This document shows, one piece after another, positions 1 through 8,920 of a DNA stretch of 64,000 nucleotides; positions within the stretch are counted from its first letter, which is position 1; the number at the start of each line of letters is the position of its first letter. Under the pieces are notes generated by a model. The model was not told the origin of the DNA, ran no database searches, and saw only the letters and a list, made by a program, of their open reading frames with translations. The translations under genes and the position numbers were made by a program. This stretch comes from Bacilli bacterium (GTDB lineage: Bacteria; Bacillota_I; Bacilli_A; RF39; UBA660), in assembly GCA_017428495.1 (NCBI GenBank), contig JAFRQS010000032.1, forward strand, positions 148-64,147, read 5' to 3'.

Positions 1-177
1 ATAGAAAAACATACAAGATAGTTGTTAAGTGCAAATTCAAAGTGCAAAATTTGCACTTTAAACAATAAAAACTATACATTGTAATTAGGTAAGAATTAAG
101 CAAGAATTAAGCAAGATGTATTGATAAAATTATATATATGTAGTATAATAATAACATAAGAATTAGAGGTGATTTTA

Positions 178-1173
178 ATGAACGATTATAAACCCCCATT
201 TACTATTACAAATAAAATGTTAGATTATGTGTCTAGTATAATGGAAAAGATTGGTAAATTAGATAATTATACTAATTTTAACAAAATGCCAGTATTAAGG
301 AGAAATAATAGAATTAAATCTATTCACTCATCACTAGCTATTGAAGCAAATTCTTTATCATTAGGACAAGTAAAAGATGTTATAGCTGGTAGAACAGTTA
401 TAGGAACTCAAAAAGAAATTCAAGAAGTAAAAAATGCATATAATGCTTATGAAATGATTAATAAAGTTGATGTTTATTCTATAAAAGATTTAAAAAAAGT
501 TCATGGCATTATGACATACTTAACAGTAGATGAATCTGGTGAATTTAGAAAAGGGAATGAAGGAGTTTTTGATGAAAAAGGTAATTGTATTCATGTTTGT
601 CCACCACCTGAACAAGTTGATGGATTAATGAAACAGTTATTTGAATGGATAAAAAAGAATAATGATGAAATTCACCCATTAATTTTATCATCCATTTTTC
701 ATTATGAATTTGTATTTATTCATCCTTTTTCAGATGGAAATGGTAGAACAGTTAGATTGTGGCAAAATATTTTATTATCTAAATGGAAGGATATATTTGA
801 ATACTTACCAATAGAATCGCAAATACATAAATATCAGGATGATTACTATAAAGCTATCAATAATTGTAATCACAATGTAGAGTCCACTGAATTCATTGAA
901 TTTATGTTGAATATGATTGATAAAGTATTAGATGAAGCAATTAGAACTAGCTCAATTCCAGTAACTGAAACTGGAATAAATATTAACAAACTACTTAGTG
1001 TTATGGAATACAATGTTCCGATGACTGCAAATGAAATAATGGATAAATTGGGCATTAAATCAAAAGAAACGTTGAGATCAACGTACCTTGATCCAGCAAT
1101 AAAGGAAGGAGTTGTTTCATTAACAATTCCAGACAAACCAACAAGTAAAAATCAAATGTATTATAAAGTATAA
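178..1173 (+). CDS. Fic-domain protein with C-terminal HTH-like region
   Basis: Canonical Fic motif HPFSDGNGRTVR; N-terminal SSLAIEAN inhibitory-type motif; RBS gaggtga before ATG 178. Confidence 0.92.
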   Translation: MNDYKPPFTITNKMLDYVSSIMEKIGKLDNYTNFNKMPVLRRNNRIKSIHSSLAIEANSLSLGQVKDVIAGRTVIGTQKEIQEVKNAYNAYEMINKVDVYSIKDLKKVHGIMTYLTVDESGEFRKGNEGVFDEKGNCIHVCPPPEQVDGLMKQLFEWIKKNNDEIHPLILSSIFHYEFVFIHPFSDGNGRTVRLWQNILLSKWKDIFEYLPIESQIHKYQDDYYKAINNCNHNVESTEFIEFMLNMIDKVLDEAIRTSSIPVTETGININKLLSVMEYNVPMTANEIMDKLGIKSKETLRSTYLDPAIKEGVVSLTIPDKPTSKNQMYYKV

Positions 1174-1285
1174 TAACCGAACACAAATGTGTTCTGTTTT
1201 TAGTAATTTTCCGAACTCTTTTCACGTGAAAAATTTTTGAAATATGTGATATAATTTATGTAGAATGTTAAGAGGAGTGATAATC

Positions 1286-1945
1286 ATGGATTTAAAAGAA
1301 GCAATGAAAAAGAGACATATGGTTCGTAAATATACAGATAAACCTTTGTCAGACGAATTAATTAGGAAAATAAATGAAAGAATAGAAATAAATAATAAAA
1401 AATATAATCTTAATATGAAACTTATGATTAACAATAACAAAGGTGTAAGTAGTATCATGAAGTTAATAATGGCTAAAGGTGTAAATAACTTTATAATTCT
1501 TGCGGGAGATGTAAGTGAAAATTTAGATGAAAGATTAGGATATTCTGGTGCTGATATAATGTTATATGCACAAACGCTGGGATTAAATACATGGTGGGTT
1601 GGTGGAACTTTTAACAGATCTGTAAGAAAGTACGTGGATAATAAAAATGTAACTGGAATAATTGCTATTGGATTTGGTCAAACGCAAGGAGTTCCACATA
1701 AGTCTAAAAGTGTAGAAGACGTTTCTAAATATAAGGGTTCTACAATTCCTGAATGGTTTGTTAATGGAACTGAAAGTGCATTGCTCGCTCCAACAGCTTT
1801 AAATAAACAAGATTTCATTTTAATAGGGAATGGCAACAAAGTTAAAATAGAGTGTAATAATGGTATATTTACAGGAAGCAATGTGGGATTAATAAAATAT
1901 CATTTTGAATTAGGAGCTGGAAAAGAAAATTTTGAATGGGAATAG
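1286..1945 (+). CDS. Nitroreductase family protein
   Basis: AMKKRHMVRKY FMN-binding start; AQTLGLNTWW; C-terminal APTALNKQ; RBS aggag before ATG 1286. Confidence 0.85.
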   Translation: MDLKEAMKKRHMVRKYTDKPLSDELIRKINERIEINNKKYNLNMKLMINNNKGVSSIMKLIMAKGVNNFIILAGDVSENLDERLGYSGADIMLYAQTLGLNTWWVGGTFNRSVRKYVDNKNVTGIIAIGFGQTQGVPHKSKSVEDVSKYKGSTIPEWFVNGTESALLAPTALNKQDFILIGNGNKVKIECNNGIFTGSNVGLIKYHFELGAGKENFEWE

Positions 1946-2164
1946 TTAAAGATGAGTTGATGTTTTAATTAATGTCAGAAACTTTTGATATTCCAATCTG
2001 TTCGCAATAGGTTGCTAATGCGAAAACATTAATAAATAGAATAATCGTAAGATTAAGATATTACGAACTGTTAAGAGGTAGAAATACTTCTTTTTCTTAT
2101 GTACAAAATCGCAGCCTAAACTTATTTTAATAAAAGTGATAATTTGTTTGTAGAGGTGAAGAAA

Positions 2165-2832
2165 ATGAAAAGAAAGGTAGCAATATATGCTAGAGTTTCA
2201 ACAGAGCATGAAGCTTTATTTTATGTATGTTATAACAAAAAAACAGACCTAAGAGTAGATTTAAAGAAGCTTGCGGTATGAAAGAAGTTCAAGAATGGAA
2301 GTTGCAATATATGGCTGAATATATTTTTAGAAATCTTACTCAAAATCCTGATAATAGAAAACAATTATTTGAAAGATTAATGAAAGGAGTAGATATAGAT
2401 GTACATCCGGAAATAAAAATACAAGAAAGGATTAATAAATTAAAACAATTAATAGAAAAAGAAACAGAAAAGTTTGATAGATTAATAGATACATATTTAG
2501 ATAAAACAATAGATATAAACTTATATGATATGTTTCAAAAAAAGTTATCAAGTAGAATAGAGAAATATAAAATAGAAATAATAGAATTAGAAAAGAAATG
2601 TGAATCAATTGAACCATTAGAAGTTAGAATTGAGAATGCAAAAAAGAGTATTAGAAGATTACTTGATATCAACTATAATGGTGTTGATGATAAAATAATA
2701 GAAGAATTCGTAGAAAGGATAATTGTTCATAAAGATTACTTTGAATGGAAATTAAACTTTATGAATGATACAATAAAATTAGAAATAAGCGGAAAAAGCA
2801 AAAAAGAAGGATTTTTAATAGAACGCGAATAA
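2165..2832 (+). pseudogene. Large serine recombinase remnant (internal deletion plus frameshift)
   Basis: ATG 2165 reads MKRKVAIYARVSTEHE (catalytic YARVS motif), jumps to YVCYNKK and stops at 2279-2281; second frame carries EACGMKEV, a coiled coil and IIEEFVERIIVH typical of LSR C-termini; most of the catalytic and recombinase domains are missing. Confidence 0.85.
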
Positions 2833-2835
2833 TAA

Positions 2836-2958
2836 TAAGTCATTTTAGTCTCAATGGAGCGCGAAGGCGCTCCAAATCGGTTTCCTTTGGTTTATGGGTC
2901 ATAAGCAAATTTGGCTAATAAGAAATAGAATTAAGACTAGTAAAAACTAGTCTTTTTT
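2836..2958 (+). repeat. Intergenic element copy R1: taagtcattttagt ... aagactag-N6-ctagtctttt
   Basis: Starts 3 nt after the recombinase stop; contains perfect hairpin tggagcgc-gaag-gcgctcca (2855-2874); 3' part aligns with R3. Confidence 0.85.
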
Positions 2959-2989
2959 GTTATAATAACCATTGAATGGAGAGATAATA

Positions 2990-3508
2990 ATGAATAAAGA
3001 ATTAGCAGAAGAATTGATTGGAAAATGTGTTACTATTGCCTTAAGTGAATGCAAGGAAGGACAATATCCACTTGGTGCTATGGTAGTTGATGAAAATGGA
3101 GAAATAATTACTTCATTATGTAGTAATTTGAATGCAGGTTATGATGTTTCTGCTCATCCAGAAATGGTAGCAATAAGACGAGCTTGTGAAATAAAAAAAG
3201 ATAGATATTTAAAAGGGTGCTATTTAGTTACTACATTAGAGCCTTGTCCAATGTGTACTTCAGTTGCTATTTGGGCCAAAATGAAAGGAATTATTTTTGG
3301 GGCTTCACAAAACGATGCTATAGAATATTCTAACACTCATCCTGAAAGTAAACTTTCATGGAGGCAAATAACAGTACCAGCGTCTTATATTATTGAACAT
3401 GGAACACCCAGATTAGAATTATATGAAAATATACTAGAAGATGAATGTAAGAAATTATTAGATGAAGAATATGTAAAAACGAGGAAAAAGATAAAAAAGA
3501 ATAATTAA
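2990..3508 (+). CDS. Zinc-dependent nucleoside/nucleobase deaminase (TadA/guanine deaminase-like)
   Basis: AHPEMVAIR and LEPCPMC zinc-binding motifs; extended -10 tgttataat at 2958-2966. Confidence 0.88.
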   Translation: MNKELAEELIGKCVTIALSECKEGQYPLGAMVVDENGEIITSLCSNLNAGYDVSAHPEMVAIRRACEIKKDRYLKGCYLVTTLEPCPMCTSVAIWAKMKGIIFGASQNDAIEYSNTHPESKLSWRQITVPASYIIEHGTPRLELYENILEDECKKLLDEEYVKTRKKIKKNN

Positions 3509-3617
3509 TAGTCATTTTAGTCTTGGCTATTCCTAATGAGACTGTGGCACAAGCCGCAATCAAAGCAAAGAACAATTAATAATTAAGCAATTAAGACTAG
3601 AGTAATCTAGTCTTTTT
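3509..3617 (+). repeat. Intergenic element copy R2
   Basis: tagtcattttagtc immediately after the deaminase stop; ends aagactag-agtaat-ctagtcttttt. Confidence 0.85.
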
Positions 3618-3690
3618 GTTTAGAAACTTAAAATATTAAGAAAGTGTAAAAATATTCTTTTATATGATATACTATATATGAGGTGAATTT

Positions 3691-4383
3691 ATGATGAAAA
3701 AAATGTTATTAATATTATTCTCTTTAATATTATTAATTAATATTACGGGGTGTAATTCTAAGGAAGAAAAACAAAGTAACACTAAACAACAAGAGCAAAA
3801 ACAAGAAGAAAAGGAAAATAATAATCAGCAAAGTAATTTAAATAATAATACATATATTAAAGATGATGAGATTATTGAAATTGAAGATGAAGACAATAAA
3901 TTAATTGAAGATGAAAGAGTTACTGTGGAAAAAGTAATCAATTGTGAAGAATGTGTATATGCTTATTTTAGTGATGAAGGTGAAAATGCAAAAAAATTAG
4001 GTGATACATTATCAGATGATGAATATACTACTGATATAAATAATATTAAAACAATGGGTAATAAGCAAAGACACAATTTCTTTGGTTTAGTACTTTCCGG
4101 TAATACTATTTCAAAAGCTTATTCATGTATTTTAAAAGATAATAAAATATATTGTATTCAAGGATCTACAGATGGTGCTTATCATACAAATAATATTAGT
4201 ATTTTAAATCAAATATTTGGTGTAGATAAATGTAAAACTTTATCAGATGGACACAATTATTGGTGTACAGATGGGTATTATAATGGTAATTCTAAAACCT
4301 CTGGTTATACTGACCTACATTATGAAACAAGTTGTACAATATATGGAGCAGATTCTAATACTGGTAAATTGATTTGCCATTAA
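3691..4383 (+). CDS. Cys-rich lipoprotein, unknown function
   Basis: Lipobox-like LINITGC, Q/E/N-rich linker, C-terminal domain with multiple Cys. Confidence 0.75.
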   Translation: MMKKMLLILFSLILLINITGCNSKEEKQSNTKQQEQKQEEKENNNQQSNLNNNTYIKDDEIIEIEDEDNKLIEDERVTVEKVINCEECVYAYFSDEGENAKKLGDTLSDDEYTTDINNIKTMGNKQRHNFFGLVLSGNTISKAYSCILKDNKIYCIQGSTDGAYHTNNISILNQIFGVDKCKTLSDGHNYWCTDGYYNGNSKTSGYTDLHYETSCTIYGADSNTGKLICH

Positions 4384-4416
4384 AGACTAGACTATTGGTA
4401 AAAAATAGGAAATGAA

Positions 4417-4510
4417 TAAGTCATTTTAGTTAAATAATTGGCTTATGGTTGTACAAGCAAATGTGATTAATAAGAAATAAAATGAAGACTAGTAAAATCT
4501 AGTCTTTTTT
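4417..4510 (+). repeat. Intergenic element copy R3
   Basis: taagtcattttagt at 4417-4430; ttggcttatgg..aagcaaat..taataagaaata shared with R1; aagactag-taaaat-ctagtctttttt. Confidence 0.85.
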
Positions 4511-4583
4511 AATGAATGGTATTGTGACAAACTCTTGCAAAGTAAAAATATTTTTTTGTATAATTTAATATAGGAGGTATATT

Positions 4584-4967
4584 ATGAGAGAAGAAGCTTT
4601 AATGCTTAGTGAAGATGAATTGATGTCACTAAATACAATAGATGAAGTCATTAATTACATTATTCAATGCGGTAATAATGGAAGGAATGTATATTATGTA
4701 CATAATGGAGTATCTTTATATTCTTGCGATAATTATTCATTTGATGAGTATTATCTATTAGCAACAGGATTATCAAAAAGTGATAAACAAAATTTAGATG
4801 AAATTATTTATGGTAAAAATGGAAGCAGAAATGCATCTCATGAAGATTTGGTTGCATTAACTGATTTGGTTTTGCCTATTTATTCTTATTTAATAAAGAT
4901 GAATGAACTTTTAGTAGAAGAATTAAAGAATGGTAAACCAAAAACTAATAATGGTTTTTCTGTATAA
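4584..4967 (+). CDS. Hypothetical protein
   Basis: 127-aa ORF with strong RBS aggaggt and upstream tgtataat. Confidence 0.7.
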   Translation: MREEALMLSEDELMSLNTIDEVINYIIQCGNNGRNVYYVHNGVSLYSCDNYSFDEYYLLATGLSKSDKQNLDEIIYGKNGSRNASHEDLVALTDLVLPIYSYLIKMNELLVEELKNGKPKTNNGFSV

Positions 4968-5208
4968 AAAAAATTAAAAATGTTTATTAGTTTTTTGTGC
5001 AATAATCATTATAGATTGAGTTATATTGTTAAATGACAAATTAAAAATAATGAAGATAGTGATGATATGGAAAAACCATTTAAAAAACATGAAACTATAT
5101 TTACTATTGAGCTAATAGTTATTTATGTTTTAGTAAATCCATATAATTTTACTCTTTTAATTGCTATAATTATCATATGATTAAAATTGTGTAAAATAAA
5201 TTGTAGAG

Positions 5209-5628
5209 GTGATAATATTGTCATTAATTAAATGTCCTGAATGTAATAAAGAAATAAGTGATACATCTAATACTTGTATTCATTGTGGTTATAAATTAAA
5301 AGAAATTTCTAATTTAAGTAGAAATAAAAAAATATTAATTCTATCTGTAATAAGTATTTTAATAATTTTACTATTTATAATTATTAAAAATGTTAATAAA
5401 GGAGAATTACCATATTGTTATGATAATGATTATTTCTATAAGCAAATGCGAGATGAAATTTATGATGAATATTGGCAATATGATTTTATAGATATAGAAT
5501 ACTGCGATAGTAGACTTTTAAATGGTGAATTAGATGCATGGTGTCATTTTAAATATAAAAAAAATAAAGATAATAATTATGTAGAAAGTGATTTTTCAAA
5601 AACATTCTATTGTTCTCATAGTCAATAA
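5209..5628 (+). CDS. Zinc-ribbon membrane protein
   Basis: CPECNKEISD...CIHCG zinc ribbon followed by one hydrophobic helix; true start may be TTG 5218. Confidence 0.75.
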   Translation: MIILSLIKCPECNKEISDTSNTCIHCGYKLKEISNLSRNKKILILSVISILIILLFIIIKNVNKGELPYCYDNDYFYKQMRDEIYDEYWQYDFIDIEYCDSRLLNGELDAWCHFKYKKNKDNNYVESDFSKTFYCSHSQ

Positions 5629-5679
5629 GATTTATTTATAAATTATATTGTATAAATTAGAAAAATAAAAAGTATTATT

Positions 5680-5705
5680 AAGATTAGGTAAAACTAGTCT
5701 TTTTT
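5680..5705 (+). repeat. Partial intergenic element copy R4 (dyad/terminator only)
   Basis: aagattag-gtaaaa-ctagtcttttt. Confidence 0.7.
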
Positions 5706-5781
5706 ACAATAAAATCTGAGTAAAATGATAATTATATTGTTAAATAATTTTTTGTGTGATATAACTATTATGGTGATGTAC

Positions 5782-6408
5782 ATGAATAAAAATCATATTT
5801 TAAATTGTTTTCCATATTATATTGCATTGGTAATTATAACAGTATTCTTTGGTGTTATATATATACCATCGCATAGTATTGTAGACACTGGAAGCCTTTT
5901 TGCTCAAGCTATTTTTATTGGTATACTTGAAGAGCTTATTTTCAGATATTTCTTGCAAAATAAAATAGAAAAATTTTTAACAAATAAAGGAAAAAATAGA
6001 TTATATTCTATTTTTATAACGGCATTAATATTTGGCTTAATTCATATGACTAATATTATTCAAATGGATTATAGTTTTGGTAAAGCATTTTTTCAAAGTT
6101 TTAATGCTATATTAGCTGGATTATTATATGGCTCAATATATTATAAAGATAAAAAAATAATTCATGTTATGATATTACATTCTTTATATGATTTTGGCGC
6201 TTTTATTAGCAGTCCACTTAATAAGACGATTTTAGGCTTAGGTATATTAGATATATTGCTATATCTAATTGAAATAATAGTATTCTTCAAAGTTATTTTT
6301 GATATTACTGATTATATGAAAGATAAAAAAAATGTAGTTAATACTATTTATTATATTTCATGTATTATTGTATTAATTTGTATGATGTTATATTTTGTAA
6401 TTATCTAA
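5782..6408 (+). CDS. CPBP family (CAAX/Abi) intramembrane protease
   Basis: EELIFR, FGLIH and HSLYD motifs in a polytopic membrane protein. Confidence 0.85.
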   Translation: MNKNHILNCFPYYIALVIITVFFGVIYIPSHSIVDTGSLFAQAIFIGILEELIFRYFLQNKIEKFLTNKGKNRLYSIFITALIFGLIHMTNIIQMDYSFGKAFFQSFNAILAGLLYGSIYYKDKKIIHVMILHSLYDFGAFISSPLNKTILGLGILDILLYLIEIIVFFKVIFDITDYMKDKKNVVNTIYYISCIIVLICMMLYFVII

Positions 6409-6437
6409 AAACAAGTTTGTAACACTTAAGCTCAGAT

Positions 6438-6512
6438 AAAGTCATATTACAAGCTGTAATAAAGTTAAGAATAGTTAGTAAGAAAAAAGACTAGGTAAAA
6501 CTAGTCTTTTTT
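6438..6512 (+). repeat. Intergenic element copy R5
   Basis: aagtcatatt; acaagctgtaataaagttaagaatagttagtaa aligns with R2 acaagccgcaatcaaagcaaagaacaattaataa; aagactag-gtaaaa-ctagtctttttt. Confidence 0.75.
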
Positions 6513-6540
6513 GACAAATTAAGTGTATATATGGTATACT
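6511..6540 (+). promoter_or_regulatory. Sigma-A promoter of the asnA leader
   Basis: TTGACA 6511-6516, 18-nt spacer, TG-n-TATACT 6532-6540. Confidence 0.75.
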
Positions 6541-6544
6541 AATA

Positions 6545-6845
6545 TTGCGTTGAAGGTGAAAAGTATCCAAAATAGTTATTCGAGTGAGTTAGGTATAGTG
6601 TGAACTAATAATAACATTTGGTGAAAGAACACTCCTGAGCAGACTACCGAAAAGTTAAATCTTAGTAGATTAGTCCGGAAAGCAATCCGTTACCTTATTG
6701 CTAGGTTTGTTAGAACTGAAATAAGAGATTACTGTAATAACAAACCGTTTATATGTATATATAGATGGTTTTTTAAGTAATAAATTAAGGTGGCACCGCG
6801 GATACCCGTATTCGTCCTTATATTGTAGGATGATACGGGTTTTTA
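6545..6845 (+). promoter_or_regulatory. T-box riboswitch, Asn specifier
   Basis: AG-box-like gagtgag and gtgtgaa in stem I; specifier AAC at 6628-6630; T-box aaggtggcaccgcg 6787-6800; terminator acccgtattcgtcct...aggatgatacgggtttttt; upstream of asnA. Confidence 0.9.
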
Positions 6846-6867
6846 TGTTTGTGAAAGAAGTGATTTT

Positions 6868-6918
6868 ATGCTGGATAACAATAATAAGAATAATAATACA
6901 AAACAAATACTAATATAA
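6868..6918 (+). CDS. Putative Asn-rich leader peptide MLDNNNKNNNTKQILI
   Basis: 16-codon ORF with 6 Asn codons, preceded by gaagtga RBS-like sequence, between the T-box terminator and asnA. Confidence 0.4.
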   Translation: MLDNNNKNNNTKQILI

Positions 6919-6982
6919 AGTAGATAGTACTTACAATCTATCTTAGTTTAAAAATAATATATTTAGAAAGAGGTTATAAAAA

Positions 6983-7951
6983 ATGCAAAAGGAATTAAGT
7001 TATTTAGAAACATTAAAGGCAATAAATGAAGTAAAAAAATATTTTGAAAAACAATTAGAAATGAAATTATCTCTTATGAAGGTCGAAAGCCCATTATTTG
7101 TTAAATCCGATTCGGGTTTACAAGATACTTTAACAGGAGTAGAAAAAGGGGTTAGCTTTAAAAAGGGTAAAGAAAAATTTGAGATAGTTCATTCTCTTGC
7201 AAAATGGAAAAGAGATGCACTTGGAAGATATGAATTTCCAATGCATACTGGATTATATACTGATATGAAAGCAATTAGAAAAGATGAAACGGTTGATAGT
7301 ATTCATTCTATGCTTGTAGAACAATGGGATTGGGAAAAGATAATTAGTAAAGAAGATAGGAATATAGATTATTTAAAAGAGACTGTAAGAGACATTTATG
7401 AGGCAGTAAGACAAACACTAATATTTGTTAAACAAAAATATAAATTTATTACAGTTGATTTACCAAAATCAATATTTTTCATTACTAGTCAAGATTTAGA
7501 AGATATGTATCCTGATAAAACTCCAAAGATGCGAGAAGATTTAATTGTTAGAGATAAGAAAGCTGTATTTATAATTGGAATAGGTGATAAATTAAAATCT
7601 GGTGATTATCATGATTTAAGAAGCCCAGATTATGATGATTGGTCACTAGATGGAGATTTACTTGTTTTTGATAAAACTATTGATAAGGTAATTGAATTAT
7701 CTTCTATGGGAATAAGGGTTGATGAAAAATCACTTTTATCGCAATTAGAAAAATCTGGTTGTTTAGATAGGCTTGAATTACCCTACCACAAAAAAATTAT
7801 CAATCGGGAATTACCATATACGATTGGTGGCGGAATTGGGCAGTCAAGAATATTAATGCTTTTATTAGAAAAATCCCATATTTCTGAAATTCAAGCTTCA
7901 AGTTGGGAAACAGAAACATTAAAGGAATTAAAAGGAAAGAAAGTTTTATAA
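6983..7951 (+). CDS. asnA: Aspartate-ammonia ligase (asparagine synthetase A)
   Basis: IVHSLAKWKR, VEQWDWEK, RSPDYDDW, TIGGGIGQSR motifs. Confidence 0.96.
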   Translation: MQKELSYLETLKAINEVKKYFEKQLEMKLSLMKVESPLFVKSDSGLQDTLTGVEKGVSFKKGKEKFEIVHSLAKWKRDALGRYEFPMHTGLYTDMKAIRKDETVDSIHSMLVEQWDWEKIISKEDRNIDYLKETVRDIYEAVRQTLIFVKQKYKFITVDLPKSIFFITSQDLEDMYPDKTPKMREDLIVRDKKAVFIIGIGDKLKSGDYHDLRSPDYDDWSLDGDLLVFDKTIDKVIELSSMGIRVDEKSLLSQLEKSGCLDRLELPYHKKIINRELPYTIGGGIGQSRILMLLLEKSHISEIQASSWETETLKELKGKKVL

Positions 7952-7995
7952 TTATCATAATTTATGATACAATTTATTGTAGATAGAGGTGTAAG

Positions 7996-8292
7996 ATGAG
8001 CTTGATAATCAATATTTATTATACTGGAGAAAATGGTAGTGCAAGAAAATTTGCTAATGAAATGATTTCAAATGGAATAGTTGATAGAGTAAGAAAAGAA
8101 GAAGGAAATCTTAGATATGAATACTTTTTCCCAATGGCTGATTCGGAGACGGTCTTACTTATAGATAAATGGATAGATGAAGAGGCATTAAATATACATC
8201 ATAAATCTGCTATGATGAAAGAAATTGCAGAATTAAGAAAAAAATATGGATTGAAAATGAGAGTTGAAAAATATAAAGAATTGGAGAGTTAA
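7996..8292 (+). CDS. Antibiotic biosynthesis monooxygenase (ABM) family protein
   Basis: VRKEEGNLRYEYF...LIDKWIDEEALNIHHKS dimeric alpha-beta barrel pattern. Confidence 0.8.
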   Translation: MSLIINIYYTGENGSARKFANEMISNGIVDRVRKEEGNLRYEYFFPMADSETVLLIDKWIDEEALNIHHKSAMMKEIAELRKKYGLKMRVEKYKELES

Positions 8293-8293
8293 T

Positions 8294-8800
8294 ATGGAAT
8301 TTGAAGATATAATAAGAAAAAGAACTTCTGTAAGAAAGTTTAGTGATACAAAAATAGACAAAGAAAAATTAGATAAAATATTAGAAGCAGGTAGATTAGC
8401 ACCTACAGCTAAAAACAACCAACCATTTAAAATATATGTTGTTAATAGTGAAAATGGTCTTATGAAAATTGATAATGCTTCAAGGTGTAGATATGGTGCT
8501 AAAACTGTTTTAATAATATGTGGCAATAAAGATCAAGCATATCATAAAGGTGATTATTCTACTTATGAAATGGATTCATGTATAGTTGCTACTCATATGA
8601 TGCTTGAGGCAACTAATATTGGAGTAGATAATATCTGGATTGAATCATTTGATGAAAATATATTAAGGAATGAATTTAATATACCAAATGAATATATTCC
8701 AGTGTGTTTACTTCCTTTAGGGTACAAATCAGTAGATTGTCCAATTAACCCTTTGCATGAAAAAAGAAAAAATATTGAAGATATAGTAGTATATAAGTAA
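8294..8800 (+). CDS. Nitroreductase family protein
   Basis: RKRTSVRKF, LAPTAKNNQP, MMLEATNIGVDNIW. Confidence 0.9.
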   Translation: MEFEDIIRKRTSVRKFSDTKIDKEKLDKILEAGRLAPTAKNNQPFKIYVVNSENGLMKIDNASRCRYGAKTVLIICGNKDQAYHKGDYSTYEMDSCIVATHMMLEATNIGVDNIWIESFDENILRNEFNIPNEYIPVCLLPLGYKSVDCPINPLHEKRKNIEDIVVYK

Positions 8801-8920
8801 TTATGAGAATGTGAAACAATGAAAAGAAATACAATATTAGGTTTGATTATATTAAATGACATGATGTAATAGAATAAATTTGGATTCAGAAAAAAATAAT
8901 ATACAAACTAATAAATAATA

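Noticed and set aside
1178-1195. Bacillota LexA box (CGAAC-N4-GTTYG)
   Set aside because: Spacer is 8 nt, not 4; better explained as a terminator-like hairpin after Fic
3508-3579. Reading IVILVLAIPNETVAQAAIKAKNN inside repeat R2 as a pilin or host-gene 3' end
   Set aside because: No start codon or RBS, frame is broken in the other copies, and I cannot assign it to a known gene; kept only as a possible att-site duplication to test by BLAST
2836-6512. CRISPR array interpretation of the repeats
   Set aside because: Copies are separated by whole genes (0.6-1.2 kb), not 30-40 nt spacers, and no cas genes are present
6670-6906. 78-aa minus-strand ORF
   Set aside because: Lies antisense to the T-box leader; no coding evidence
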